From Candidatus Pelagadaptatus aseana (GTDB taxonomy: Bacteria > Pseudomonadota > Gammaproteobacteria > Pseudomonadales > Cellvibrionaceae): 64,000 bases of DNA. The position numbers and the translations under genes are program-made. How positions within the stretch are numbered: position 1 is the first letter of the stretch; the number at the start of each line of letters is the position of its first letter. Location of the stretch: the NCBI GenBank assembly GCA_040365065.1, contig BAABNI010000004.1, positions 80,854-144,853 of the forward strand, in the 5' to 3' direction. Of the stretch, positions 37,301 to 45,531 are shown in pieces. Below the pieces are notes generated by a model, which was not told the DNA's origin, did not search any database, and was given only the letters and a program-made list of their open reading frames with translations.

Positions 37301-37822
37301 GTTATTCACCGCATCGCGAATACCGGTAATGGTGTGGTTACTGGCGTCGATATTGAGCTTTCTGACAGCGGCCTCAGAATCGGCTGTAAACGAAAAGCTG
37401 GGTGTGCCGGAGTCGTAATCTACATCACCAAAGGTGAACACCAGCTCACCTTCTCCCAAAACGGCGTCGAGATCACCGTACTCGGCAGAGGCAATGGTTT
37501 GTGAACGAGCCAGCTGGCTGGTTTCAATGGTGTAAACGCCCGGGGAAGCCAGAGAACTGGCAGTTGCCGTTAAAGCTGAGTCATTGGTCGAGGAGGTGGT
37601 ATTGGTCTGAAAAGACGAAGTCAGGGTCAGGGCATTGGCGGCGGCACGCAGGGACTCTGCCTGACTGGCGACATTGCCCAGCTCAGACACCTGAGTATCG
37701 AGATTTTCCTGCTCGGCATTGATGCGCTTGTCGGCTGATTCACGCTCTACCGCGACCAGGTCATCAATCAATTCGGAGGTTAAAACCCCGGAACCGATAC
37801 CTACTGATGAAATTGAAGCCAT
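34313..37822 (-). CDS. fliD: Flagellar filament cap protein FliD, giant (1169 aa)
   Basis: The N-terminus MASISSVGIGSGVLTSELIDDLVAVERESADKRI and the C-terminus ...RIEAFQTQLARQFAFNDILVSQLNSTRDYIAQQF are canonical FliD coiled-coil ends. AEFKVNGLDITRESN is the FliD core. About 600 aa of extra repeat modules lie at residues ~430-1030. Confidence 0.9.
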   Translation of the reverse strand: MASISSVGIGSGVLTSELIDDLVAVERESADKRINAEQENLDTQVSELGNVASQAESLRAAANALTLTSSFQTNTTSSTNDSALTATASSLASPGVYTIETSQLARSQTIASAEYGDLDAVLGEGELVFTFGDVDYDSGTPSFSFTADSEAAVRKLNIDASNHTITGIRDAVNNADMGIEATIVDTGSGYRLLFTSEETGENNGFTVSVNNPSNGLDSLSFDDDSTTMLQTVDAKNAEFKVNGLDITRESNLVAGVINGLTLNLKQDSAGPVTLTVERDTAAVTERMQTMVDAYNELKTTVNGLTAFDPDTGLGSIFTGDNTIRRLITSSQNILTSAVSSLNGTDFRTMSEVGISTNGETGLLIFDSGTFQSALQSDAESLSTLFGIGATATDSLIDYVSSSNDTQAGDYEIVISRVAEQAQLLGLSTSGEPFVIDAGNDGFKVQVDSQYSDQITLARGTYTGDELAEAIQSAINTDVNIQDAGKSVEVNYNAAEQRFELTSGSYGASSNLGFVSTDTTTALTLGLREPQQGGHSGDTVSLLKTTDDFASAVTINGGNDDFTLSVDGVTSNSIQIANGSYSSGDDLAQAIQAAINDDSNFKAEGLTANVAFEGDLETGKLTMSFEKNGDGRQLGFIVSAAESSMASSIGLSAGSGEFTELSALSVTDALSSTLNDTAEFTIEANGVTSDTLSVAINSNDGSDIALALQTAIATDSNFIAARKGAETGAGTVDITAGAIDFTANPRAFGVEYNGTRYDLVIDANGTAASDIDGDGNTDAIDDILQSVQDQIDATPGLAGNLVADRSGTGLVLKTVATGPTETLNVVADGSGAKTALGATALTGTEDFSGANTSTFTLSMAGTDFDITLDADGAAGDTISEVQAYIQGQIDAALDASSDFAAGDITVELDGANNLYFQSNSKNGVITSDTVGSGASLEVKNMVDPLNLFAGDAVYSSGFDGSGALDGFGIEAGLVRGEDLTLATVTYDGSTEGGSFKIDFGNDVSFHVKSPNNFASSSLGLVETTDDDFTFESGTSVAGTIGGYAALGSGQRLVGATGTPVEDLRINVLGGNLGNRGEIEFGRGIAAQLEDFLKDFLDSDGGLGIKQSGLQDELAELDEDRQALDDRIEAFQTQLARQFAFNDILVSQLNSTRDYIAQQFEVLNALYSKKD

Positions 37823-37886
37823 TTAGACCACCACTTAATTAATGCAGCATCCATTACCGCTAAAACTGTTTGCCCCATTCAACTTG

Positions 37887-37913
37887 TTATCGGCCTACTT
37901 GGGGAAAACTTTA
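37887..37913 (-). promoter_or_regulatory. Sigma-28 (FliA) promoter for fliD-fliS
   Basis: The minus strand reads TAAAG-N14-GCCGATAA (TAAAGTTTTCCCCAAGTAGGCCGATAA), an exact match to the core consensus TAAAG-N14-GCCGATAA. It lies 65 nt upstream of the fliD ATG. Confidence 0.8.
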
Positions 37914-37921
37914 CGGTTAAT

Positions 37922-39805
37922 TTAGCCCGATGTTTTCACGAAAAATTGATACATATTGGCGAAAACATCGGGATTTTTTTCCTCAAAATCCTGCCAATTA
38001 GCCAAGTTTCTAACTCCTTCCACCCCAAACTGGCTATAAAATTTTTCCCTATAGTTTGGATTCTCAAGTGTCATGCCCAAAAAATCCAATTGATACTTTT
38101 TAAGTAAAGCCTCAATTTGAGGGATGGTGTAGCGGTGTTCCTGTGCATGAAACAACAAATCCCGGCAAGGGCTGGTAGCGTAAAAGTCACCAAAGCCTGT
38201 AACCAGCCTGCAATCAGGTCGGGCCTCTTCAGACATCAAAGCCTTCCTGACGTTCCGGATATTTTCCAGATCCGGCGACATGCCACTGTTAATGTAGGCA
38301 TTCCTCACTGCCACAACACCTCGACGGGCCGTTTCACTGTAGAGCCCCAGCCGGATAGTCCCTCCAGGCCTGATTACCTCCAACAAAGCCTCCAGACCCG
38401 CCTCGGGATTTTCCATGTGATGCAAAACCCCGGCGCATTCAATGGCATCAAACTGCTTGCCAAGCAGGCCAACCTCCATCAAATCCATATGCAGCAGCTG
38501 AAGATTGTTTACTGAATACTCATCTGCCTTCATTTGAGCGTAAGCCAGACTCCTTCTGGAGATATCGATGGCTGTCACCTTGACATCGGTTTGCAGCGCG
38601 CACATCAGAGGATGCTTGCCGGTGCCACAACCGGCCACCAGAACCTCTTTAATCTTGCCAGAGCCTGCGACCCGCTCCTCCTCAGAGAGCACCTGCTCCA
38701 TTCGCATAATGTAATCAACCCGCCCATCCGGAACAGACAATTGACGCCAACGTGGATAGGGGTTTTCCTCATACTGCTCCCTCACCTTGAGAGAGATGGA
38801 ATCAGCAATACTGCCAACACTGGATAGGGATTTTAGACACGCCCGTTCTTTTTTCTCTTCAAGAATTGCCGTATAAAACATGCCATTCAGGCTCTCGGGC
38901 CACAAATCTTCGGTCAAGCTCGACAGGGTTTCGTAACTATCAAAATCCCTGACCGGCTTGTACATAGCAAGCAACAGCAGCAACCCCTCAACAACAATCG
39001 GCTTAAACCCTTGCTGTGCAACCTGTTCTTTCAGCAAGCCTTCCAGCTCAGCAATCAACTGAAGCTCATCAGACTCCACCACATGAACGTATTCGTTCCA
39101 CTTATTCTGCCAGGCAATGGCCTGAACCAGAGGCACATAATCATCGGGAAAATCCATCTTAACCAGAGCATCAAAAAACACCTTTCTGCGCACCGCCACC
39201 AACACAGGCTCCAGCTTGGCGCTGCGGCAGTAATCTTTCTCCAGAACTTTTATCAGCAACTGATCAGACGCCAGTTCAACAATATCCGGCTCATTTTGCC
39301 CGCCATATTTGAGAGCCAGAAGCTGGGTACCCAGCTTGTGAACCTTGCCAGCCAAAAGCTCGTCGTCCCAAAACGACAAAACATCTTTTTCCACCATGGG
39401 CGAATAATTCAAGCAGTTCATTCTGTCCAGACAGTGACGAACGATATTTCTGATTGAATCGGACATCCTCAGCGGTTCCGCTAATTCGTGAGACCGCACA
39501 TAAGCACTTGAAAGATCATTGTTTCGATGCGCCAGAATCACTTCGGCCATCAATACTTGCTGCCCTTCCAGGTCATTTGCGGCAAGGTTTCGGGTATCAC
39601 TCAGGACACGTTCAGCATCCACGAGCCTGCCAGCATTAATCAGGCACTCGAGATATTGAATCGCATACACAAAACCCAATTCACTCTCAGGCCAGCCCTG
39701 CTCAAGAATTTGAGCCGCCTGCAGCCATTCTCTGGCTTGCGCCTTTACCGTTGCCTGCTCAAGCAAAAGCGCCGACGAAGAGCTGTGCTGGGTTAAATTT
39801 GTCAT
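37922..39805 (-). CDS. TPR-like repeat protein fused to a class I SAM-dependent methyltransferase (paralog A)
   Basis: 627 aa. The helical-repeat N-terminal half is followed by ENPYPRW, motif I VLVAGCGTGKH, VTAIDIS and FDAIECAGVLHHM. The C-terminal ~270 aa align throughout with the ORF at 45532-47586. Confidence 0.75.
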   Translation of the reverse strand: MTNLTQHSSSSALLLEQATVKAQAREWLQAAQILEQGWPESELGFVYAIQYLECLINAGRLVDAERVLSDTRNLAANDLEGQQVLMAEVILAHRNNDLSSAYVRSHELAEPLRMSDSIRNIVRHCLDRMNCLNYSPMVEKDVLSFWDDELLAGKVHKLGTQLLALKYGGQNEPDIVELASDQLLIKVLEKDYCRSAKLEPVLVAVRRKVFFDALVKMDFPDDYVPLVQAIAWQNKWNEYVHVVESDELQLIAELEGLLKEQVAQQGFKPIVVEGLLLLLAMYKPVRDFDSYETLSSLTEDLWPESLNGMFYTAILEEKKERACLKSLSSVGSIADSISLKVREQYEENPYPRWRQLSVPDGRVDYIMRMEQVLSEEERVAGSGKIKEVLVAGCGTGKHPLMCALQTDVKVTAIDISRRSLAYAQMKADEYSVNNLQLLHMDLMEVGLLGKQFDAIECAGVLHHMENPEAGLEALLEVIRPGGTIRLGLYSETARRGVVAVRNAYINSGMSPDLENIRNVRKALMSEEARPDCRLVTGFGDFYATSPCRDLLFHAQEHRYTIPQIEALLKKYQLDFLGMTLENPNYREKFYSQFGVEGVRNLANWQDFEEKNPDVFANMYQFFVKTSG

Positions 39806-39853
39806 GCTTAAACCTCGAAAGGGACAGTGTCACATTAGAAACAAACAACAAAA

Positions 39854-39869
39854 TGCAAATATTGGGCCA
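39854..39869 (-). promoter_or_regulatory. Sigma-54 promoter for methyltransferase paralog A
   Basis: The minus strand reads TGGCCCAATATTTGCA (GG-N10-GC spacing, TTGCA -12 element). It lies ~49 nt upstream of the ATG at 39805. Confidence 0.65.
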
Positions 39870-39882
39870 CCAGACAAACAGG

Positions 39883-39911
39883 CAAAAAAAAGCCCGCTTT
39901 GTAAGCGGGCT
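39883..39911 (-). terminator. Rho-independent terminator after flaG
   Basis: The minus strand reads AGCCCGC-TTACAAA-GCGGGCT followed by TTTTTTTT. Confidence 0.8.
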
Positions 39912-39951
39912 TTCTGATTTGAGATTGGAATAGTTAACTTACTTTATTCCA

Positions 39952-40338
39952 TTAAGCTTGCGCACTAAACAATCTCAATGGCTCTTCTTCGTTTAGCCTG
40001 GCCGCGAGTGTCAGGGCCACCTCATTGGGAATCTGCCTTACAACTTCTTCAGTATTTCTGTCGACAACCGTAACGACTGTCTTACTTACCGAATCATCGT
40101 AGGCAAAATACAAATCCCTCTGAGTTGATTGCACGTAATCATTTAGCTTAGATACGGCTTCATCAACTTTGGCCTGATTCACATCAACCTGATCAACCTG
40201 GGCTGCCGCTTCAGTTTCCTGTTGCGGCAACTGATTGCCGGTTGCCTTCTCAACAGCAGCAGACTTGCTCTGATTCAGAGCTGAAGAAGCAGTTCTCACA
40301 CCGGCTGTCAGTGCGTTGCTTGAATTAACTTCATTCAT
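39952..40338 (-). CDS. flaG: Flagellar protein FlaG
   Basis: 128 aa. The C-terminal LYFAYDDSVSKTVVTVVDRNTEEVVRQIPNEVALTLAARL is the FlaG family signature. It sits downstream of the flagellin gene. Confidence 0.85.
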   Translation of the reverse strand: MNEVNSSNALTAGVRTASSALNQSKSAAVEKATGNQLPQQETEAAAQVDQVDVNQAKVDEAVSKLNDYVQSTQRDLYFAYDDSVSKTVVTVVDRNTEEVVRQIPNEVALTLAARLNEEEPLRLFSAQA

Positions 40339-40472
40339 AACTCTTTCCTCTGCTGGTTGCTGGAGGGGCTTGGTTTCAACATTATAGCCTCAACCTTAAC
40401 CTCTCCATTTTACCCTTCTCTATCACGTTTGTGGAACCCGGTTCTCACCGGGCCCACTGTTTCTGCTGATTA

Positions 40473-43400
40473 TTACTGCAGTAGTGACAGAGCCTGCTGA
40501 GGCAAGGCATTGGCCTGTGCCAGTACGGAGATACCAGCCTGCTGCAGCACCTGCGAACGGGACAGGGCAGCGGTTTCAGCCGCAAAGTCCGCATCCTGGA
40601 TTCGACTGTTTGCAGCAGTCAGGTTCTCAGAAGTGATCGCCAGGTTAGAGATGGTAGATTCAAAGCGGTTTTGAATCGCACCCAAGTTGGCTCGCTCACC
40701 GGAGATAGATTGCAGCGCGTTGTCGATTGCAGTCAGGGCTTCGTTAGCACCTTCGAGAGTGGAGATATCGATTTCATCGATAAAGATACCACGCTCGGTC
40801 GCACCGAAGGAGCCCTGAGCAAAGCTCAGACCAGCCAGTGCGGAAGCACCGTTACTACCCGCTTCTACTTCAATCTCACCAGAGCTGCTCAGCTGCACTG
40901 AAGAGTAGGTAGTAGCCGCAGTATTGGCGTAATTCAAAGAAGCATTATTGCTGATATCGGCTTCGTTGATGCCGTCCTGACCAGCACTCAGACCGATGGC
41001 ATTACCAAAGTTGGCCACACCTTCGTTGTCGATCGCTACAGAGATGTTACGACCATCTTCAGCAGTCAGGGTAATGCTCACACCGTTATCTTCAGCAGTT
41101 ACACCGGTTTGACCCGATACAGCGTTGATGGCATCGATGGCAGAACCACGGTCCTGATCGGCATCACCGGTCAGAACAACACCGTTGGTCTGTACACCGT
41201 TGATGTAAACGCTACCGGAAGAACCTGCGGCAGCCACTGCGCCTGTTCCGTCACCACCAGTTACCACAGTTTCGTTAACTGTAGCAGTCACACCAGTACT
41301 GTCGCTGGCACGGTTGATGGCCGCAGCAACTGCGATACCGGAGGCAGACGCGTCACTGGACTCGGCGGTGGTATCGGATGCTGTGTCATCAGATGCCAAA
41401 GAGGCACCAATGGCTGTTCCGTTAATAACCAGGTCACCATCATCCAGGCTATCCACAGTTACCGCACCGGCTTGGGCTTCACTGCCGTCTACCGCAGAAC
41501 CACTTACGGCGAAAGTACCGTCAGTCAGACGAATCTGGCTACCGGAACCAGTGGCTTCGTCAGTAAAGGTCAGGGTGCCATCGGCATTTGCCACAACGGT
41601 GGAGGCATCAAACGCTGCACCAATGGCTTGTACCTGATCTTCAATTTCAGCGGCCAGGTCGGCCAGAGTGTTATAGCTGCCATCAGAAATGGTGATGGTG
41701 TTCTCGGTAGTGCCACCGTCAGCAGAGTAGGTAAAGGTGTTATTACCTTGCGCTGCGCTGATCGACAGAGGATCGGCATTACCGTTGGAGTCAACAAAGG
41801 TACCTGCAGCCAGTGTTCCGCTGCCGTCAGCCACACTGAAGGCACCGGTTGTTGCAGTACCTGCAGTCGCAGCACCGTTAACACCAGCGGTTGAGGTCGC
41901 AGTCAGATCATCATCAGCCGCCACAATTTCATCAGCGGTAGCGGTAGACAACTCAACGGTACCACCGGAATTAGAGCTGATTACAACCTGATCACCAACA
42001 GCTGTGGCAGTAATGCCGGAACCAGCCAGAGAAGTATCCGCGGCGTACTGGATAACGGCGGCCAGTTCTGCAGCGTTAGTTGGTGGGTTGGCTGATGCAG
42101 GATAGCCACCATCGGCAACCGCGGCAGCAGAATCCAATTCCAGATCGGCTGCGCCAGCACCATCCACATCAATACCAATGGTATCGGCACCACCGGCACC
42201 GGCAGTCAGAGAGAAGCCAGACAGGAAGGCTGACACATCGGTAATAACGCTATCGCCGTTGGCCAGTTGCTGTACTGAATTACCCTGATTAGCTACCTCA
42301 ATGGTGTTGGCACCAGTTGAGGAGTCGGCCACCACTACGCTACTGGCAGCACCAGTGCTCTGGGAAGTCAGCAGCACATTCAGGCCATCTTCGGAGACCG
42401 AAGCTTCAACGGTACCCGCCAGACTGGTAGAACCAATCGCGGTATTCAAGGCCGCAGCAAAAGTAGCCGCATCGGTATAGGTCGCACCACCAATGGTGAT
42501 GTCCACCGCCGAATTACCATCAACAGCAATACTTAGCTCATCCAGGTTGTTACCGGTATCAGACACCAACGCGTTAACGCCGTCGAAGGTAAAATCAATG
42601 GTTGCAACACCGGCCGTACCGTTATCCGCCGCAGAACCACCATCGGTAGTCGTTACAGCAGTTGGGATGGCAATGTTACCGGAAGAACCGGTTCTTACAG
42701 ACACAGAAGACGCATCACCGGTAGTTGCCGAGGTGAAGGTCAAGCCACCGGAACCGTTATCGGAAGCAGTCACCAGACCGTTCAGAGCACTGCCGGAAAT
42801 GGCGTTATTCACCGCATCAGCCAATTGGGCCGCGTCGTCGTACTCACCCGCGCCGGAGCCGGCATCGTAGGTAGAGCTCAGCTGAACCTGAACAAAAGAA
42901 GCACCATCGACAGAAATTTCGAAGGTGTTATTGGTGGCATTCACCACGGTGTTGGCAGCAATATTCATGTCACCGGTAGTAAAAGTACCGGAAGTGGCGG
43001 CTGTCAGAGAGCCAGCTTCAACACTGCGCGCAGAACTGTTAACCAGGGCTTGACCGGCTTGGTAGTCGCCTACGGTCAGACCTGCGTTGGCAATATCATC
43101 ATTACCGGTTCCATCACCACCACTGACACTGATGGTACCTTCACCACTCAGAGTGAAACCACCGTAGCTGGTACCTTCAGACAGACCAGTAGCCGCTTCA
43201 AAATCTGCAGAAGTACCGGACAAACCGCTGAAGCTAACGTCGATATTACGACCATCAGCCGCCTTCAGAATCACACCGCTGGACTGACCACCATCTTCAG
43301 CGATCACACCGGTTTGATCCGACTTGGCATTAACCGCAGAGATAACCGCATTACGGTCATCGTCAGAACTTGCACCACCCGTGGAGATATTAATGTCTAC

Positions 43401-44177
43401 ACCGTTCAGGGTTACGGTACCGCTCTCTGCACCCGCTGTCATGGCAGAACCGGTAGCAACGGTTTCGTTTACCGTAGCAGTCACACCGGTTTCATCAGAA
43501 GAACGGTTGATCGCTGCCGCCTTGGCGATGGCAGAGGATGCCGCATCAACGGTAGAAGCGTTGTCATCCTGAGAGCTGGATGGGGTAATCGCCACACCAT
43601 TGATGATCAGGTCACCGTTGCTGATGGCAGAAGAAGTACCGATAGCACTTACGCCAGCAGTTTCAGAAGAACCGAGAGTGTCAGCGGTCATCTTGCCAAC
43701 GGCAACTTCAATGGTTTCACCGGAGTTAGCACCAATCTGGAATTGAGAGGTGAAAGAACCGTCCAGCAGGTTACGTCCGTTAAAGTTGGTCTGTTCAGCA
43801 GTACGGGTGATCTCGGAGATCAGCTGCTGGGCCTCAGCGTTCAGAGCCTCACGGTCGGAGTCACTGTTGGTGCCGTTAGCAGACTGCAGTGCCAGCTCAC
43901 GGATACGCTGCATGTTGTCAGTCATCGAACCCAGAGCACCCTCGGCGGTTTGCGCCAGAGAGATACCGTCACCGGCGTTACGAATAGCCACTGCCAGACC
44001 CTTGGTTTGAGATGTGAAACGAGTTGAAATCGCCAGACCCGCCGCATCGTCCTTCGCACTGTTAATACGCAGACCAGAGGACAAACGCTCCAGCGCTTGA
44101 GCTTGGTCAGACTGCGACGTATTCAAGTTACGTTGAGCCGTCAGCGAGCTGATATTAGTGTTAATAATCTGAGGCAT
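40473..44177 (-). CDS. fliC: Giant flagellin (1234 aa)
   Basis: From ATG 44177 (RBS AGGGAG): [51 protein letters not shown]... (flagellin N domain). The C-terminus is ...[72 protein letters not shown] (flagellin C domain). About 930 aa of Thr/Ser/Ala/Gly/Asp-rich repeat modules lie in between. Confidence 0.95.
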   Translation of the reverse strand: MPQIINTNISSLTAQRNLNTSQSDQAQALERLSSGLRINSAKDDAAGLAISTRFTSQTKGLAVAIRNAGDGISLAQTAEGALGSMTDNMQRIRELALQSANGTNSDSDREALNAEAQQLISEITRTAEQTNFNGRNLLDGSFTSQFQIGANSGETIEVAVGKMTADTLGSSETAGVSAIGTSSAISNGDLIINGVAITPSSSQDDNASTVDAASSAIAKAAAINRSSDETGVTATVNETVATGSAMTAGAESGTVTLNGVDINISTGGASSDDDRNAVISAVNAKSDQTGVIAEDGGQSSGVILKAADGRNIDVSFSGLSGTSADFEAATGLSEGTSYGGFTLSGEGTISVSGGDGTGNDDIANAGLTVGDYQAGQALVNSSARSVEAGSLTAATSGTFTTGDMNIAANTVVNATNNTFEISVDGASFVQVQLSSTYDAGSGAGEYDDAAQLADAVNNAISGSALNGLVTASDNGSGGLTFTSATTGDASSVSVRTGSSGNIAIPTAVTTTDGGSAADNGTAGVATIDFTFDGVNALVSDTGNNLDELSIAVDGNSAVDITIGGATYTDAATFAAALNTAIGSTSLAGTVEASVSEDGLNVLLTSQSTGAASSVVVADSSTGANTIEVANQGNSVQQLANGDSVITDVSAFLSGFSLTAGAGGADTIGIDVDGAGAADLELDSAAAVADGGYPASANPPTNAAELAAVIQYAADTSLAGSGITATAVGDQVVISSNSGGTVELSTATADEIVAADDDLTATSTAGVNGAATAGTATTGAFSVADGSGTLAAGTFVDSNGNADPLSISAAQGNNTFTYSADGGTTENTITISDGSYNTLADLAAEIEDQVQAIGAAFDASTVVANADGTLTFTDEATGSGSQIRLTDGTFAVSGSAVDGSEAQAGAVTVDSLDDGDLVINGTAIGASLASDDTASDTTAESSDASASGIAVAAAINRASDSTGVTATVNETVVTGGDGTGAVAAAGSSGSVYINGVQTNGVVLTGDADQDRGSAIDAINAVSGQTGVTAEDNGVSITLTAEDGRNISVAIDNEGVANFGNAIGLSAGQDGINEADISNNASLNYANTAATTYSSVQLSSSGEIEVEAGSNGASALAGLSFAQGSFGATERGIFIDEIDISTLEGANEALTAIDNALQSISGERANLGAIQNRFESTISNLAITSENLTAANSRIQDADFAAETAALSRSQVLQQAGISVLAQANALPQQALSLLQ

Positions 44178-44255
44178 GATAAATGCTCCCTGTTGGTTTT
44201 TAGCGTCGGGCCCTGGCGAATGCACAGGACTCGTTTTTTCTGTTCTACAAACGGG

Positions 44256-44282
44256 TTAACGGCAGGGTATGGAGGGGCTTTA
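44256..44282 (-). promoter_or_regulatory. Sigma-28 (FliA) promoter for the flagellin gene
   Basis: The minus strand reads TAAAG-CCCCTCCATACCCT-GCCGTTAA, with a 14-nt spacer and one mismatch to GCCGATAA. Confidence 0.75.
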
Positions 44283-44473
44283 GGTTTTTTTTAAGAAAAA
44301 TTGCTTAAAAATCGACTCTATTGCTTTTTTTATGAGAAAGAGCCCATCAGGGAAACATAAACAACTGTTTTCAAAAACATTTTTAAATAGCCGGCTTTAT
44401 GGCAACGGCCTTATCCTTGAAAAAATCAACGCTTATATAAATAAGAAGAAAGAAAATTTAACCAATAATTTCC

Positions 44474-44500
44474 TAAAGCCTGCCCCCCATCAGTCGATAA
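44474..44500 (+). promoter_or_regulatory. Sigma-28 (FliA) promoter for the second fliS gene
   Basis: TAAAG-CCTGCCCCCCATCA-GTCGATAA, with a 14-nt spacer and one mismatch. It lies 48 nt upstream of ATG 44548. Confidence 0.7.
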
Positions 44501-44547
44501 GCTGTTTATCTTGGATAACACCTTATAAAACTCAGGAGACTGTCCCT

Positions 44548-44988
44548 ATGTACCGACAAAACGCCATGCAGCAGTACCGTCATGCCCAGGCATCGGCAGC
44601 CATTGACAGCTCTCCTTATAAGGTCATTTCCATGCTTATGCAGGGCGCTCTGGATCGCATGGTTTCAGCCAAAGGCTGTATCGCCAACAACGATATTGCC
44701 GGTCGCAATCATTTTATTGGCAAAGCCGCCGACATTATTGACTGCCTGAAAAACTCACTGGAACACAAGCACGACGAAGAGATGACCAACAACCTGGACA
44801 ATCTCTACGATTACATGGCTCGCCGCCTGTTTCATGCTAATTTGAAGAACTGCCCGGACACTATTGATGAAGTTTATGGTCTATTGGATACTATTTACGA
44901 TGGCTGGAAAGAGCTGGAAGACAAGCTTCCGGATGCCGGTGTCAGTGTCGCCAGCGTCGAGCGCCAACCACTCCCATTGAGCAAGTGA
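44548..44988 (+). CDS. fliS: Flagellar export chaperone FliS (copy 2, divergent from the flagellin gene)
   Basis: 146 aa from ATG 44548 (RBS CAGGAG). SSPYKVISMLMQGALDRM...GKAADIIDCLKNSLE...NLDNLYDYMARRL matches the FliS pattern. The longer ORF from 44332 would run over the sigma-28 promoter. Confidence 0.8.
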   Translation: MYRQNAMQQYRHAQASAAIDSSPYKVISMLMQGALDRMVSAKGCIANNDIAGRNHFIGKAADIIDCLKNSLEHKHDEEMTNNLDNLYDYMARRLFHANLKNCPDTIDEVYGLLDTIYDGWKELEDKLPDAGVSVASVERQPLPLSK

Positions 44989-44998
44989 GAACGTAGCC

Positions 44999-45280
44999 AT
45001 GATTGGTGAACTGACCGAACAACTCGAAACCGCGACCCAATCGAAAGACTGGCAGCAGGTTGCAGACCTCGACCAAAATCTCAAGCGCAACGTTGGTCGC
45101 AAGGTTGAGTTGTGCAAAACCCCTGAGGAAGCGAAAGCTCTGATGGATGATTTGCAAAAACTGATGTACGCCTATCATCTCAGTATTGAGGCCTGCGAGA
45201 AGGACAGTGCTGAACTTAAGCAGGATAATCAGAGCCTGCACCGTGGACTCCAAGCCAGCAAGCAGTATCTTTCTATTTAG
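44999..45280 (+). CDS. Small helical protein, possible FliT-type flagellar chaperone
   Basis: 93 aa, predicted helical (LTEQLETATQSKDWQQVADLDQNLKR...), positioned right after fliS as fliT often is. No motif-level proof. Confidence 0.3.
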   Translation: MIGELTEQLETATQSKDWQQVADLDQNLKRNVGRKVELCKTPEEAKALMDDLQKLMYAYHLSIEACEKDSAELKQDNQSLHRGLQASKQYLSI

Positions 45281-45294
45281 CGCTTTGGGATTAA

Positions 45295-45380
45295 CAGATC
45301 CTTCGCTACGCTCAGAATGACATGGCTCTGGTTTCCCGGATCCCTGTCTTTCTGGCGACCACAGGGAGGAAGAATCTATC
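45295..45380. repeat. REP-like element pair
   Basis: CAGATCCTTCGCTACGCTCAGAATGACA (45295-45322) and TCTTTCTGGCGACCACAGGGAGGAAGAATCTATC (45347-45380). Confidence 0.6.
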
Positions 45381-45477
45381 TCCATCCAGTCAAAAAAGCG
45401 GCAACTCTTTTCCCCTCTCCTCCAAATCGCTCAACATAATATTCTCAACACACTGATTTAAAACAACTTTTCCCATC

Positions 45478-45493
45478 TGGCCCGATCTATGCA
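45478..45493 (+). promoter_or_regulatory. Sigma-54 promoter for methyltransferase paralog B
   Basis: TGGCCCGATCTATGCA has GG-N10-GC spacing. It has the same TGGCCC -24 element as the paralog A promoter. It lies 39 nt upstream of ATG 45532. Confidence 0.55.
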
Positions 45494-45531
45494 TTTTACC
45501 GCTTGGATAATTTTCTCAAGCGGATAGAGCC

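Noticed and set aside
40437-40452. Hairpin CCCGGT-TCTC-ACCGGG just downstream of the flagellin stop, as a possible terminator.
   Set aside because: On the transcribed (minus) strand the stem is not followed by a T-run (TTCCACAAAC). It may attenuate read-through into flaG, but it cannot be called an intrinsic terminator.
42825-44027. 400-aa ORF on the plus strand, antisense to the flagellin gene. Similar long antisense ORFs lie at 41109-41894 (opposite fliC), 59070-60179 (opposite flgE), 20557-21828 (opposite nrdJ) and 6169-7065 (opposite the SDR fusion).
   Set aside because: - The opposite strand carries unmistakable conserved proteins.
- The antisense translations are low-complexity (G/T/R/V-rich) with no recognisable motifs.
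- Repetitive GCN/ACN/GGN codon usage simply removes stops from the antisense frames.
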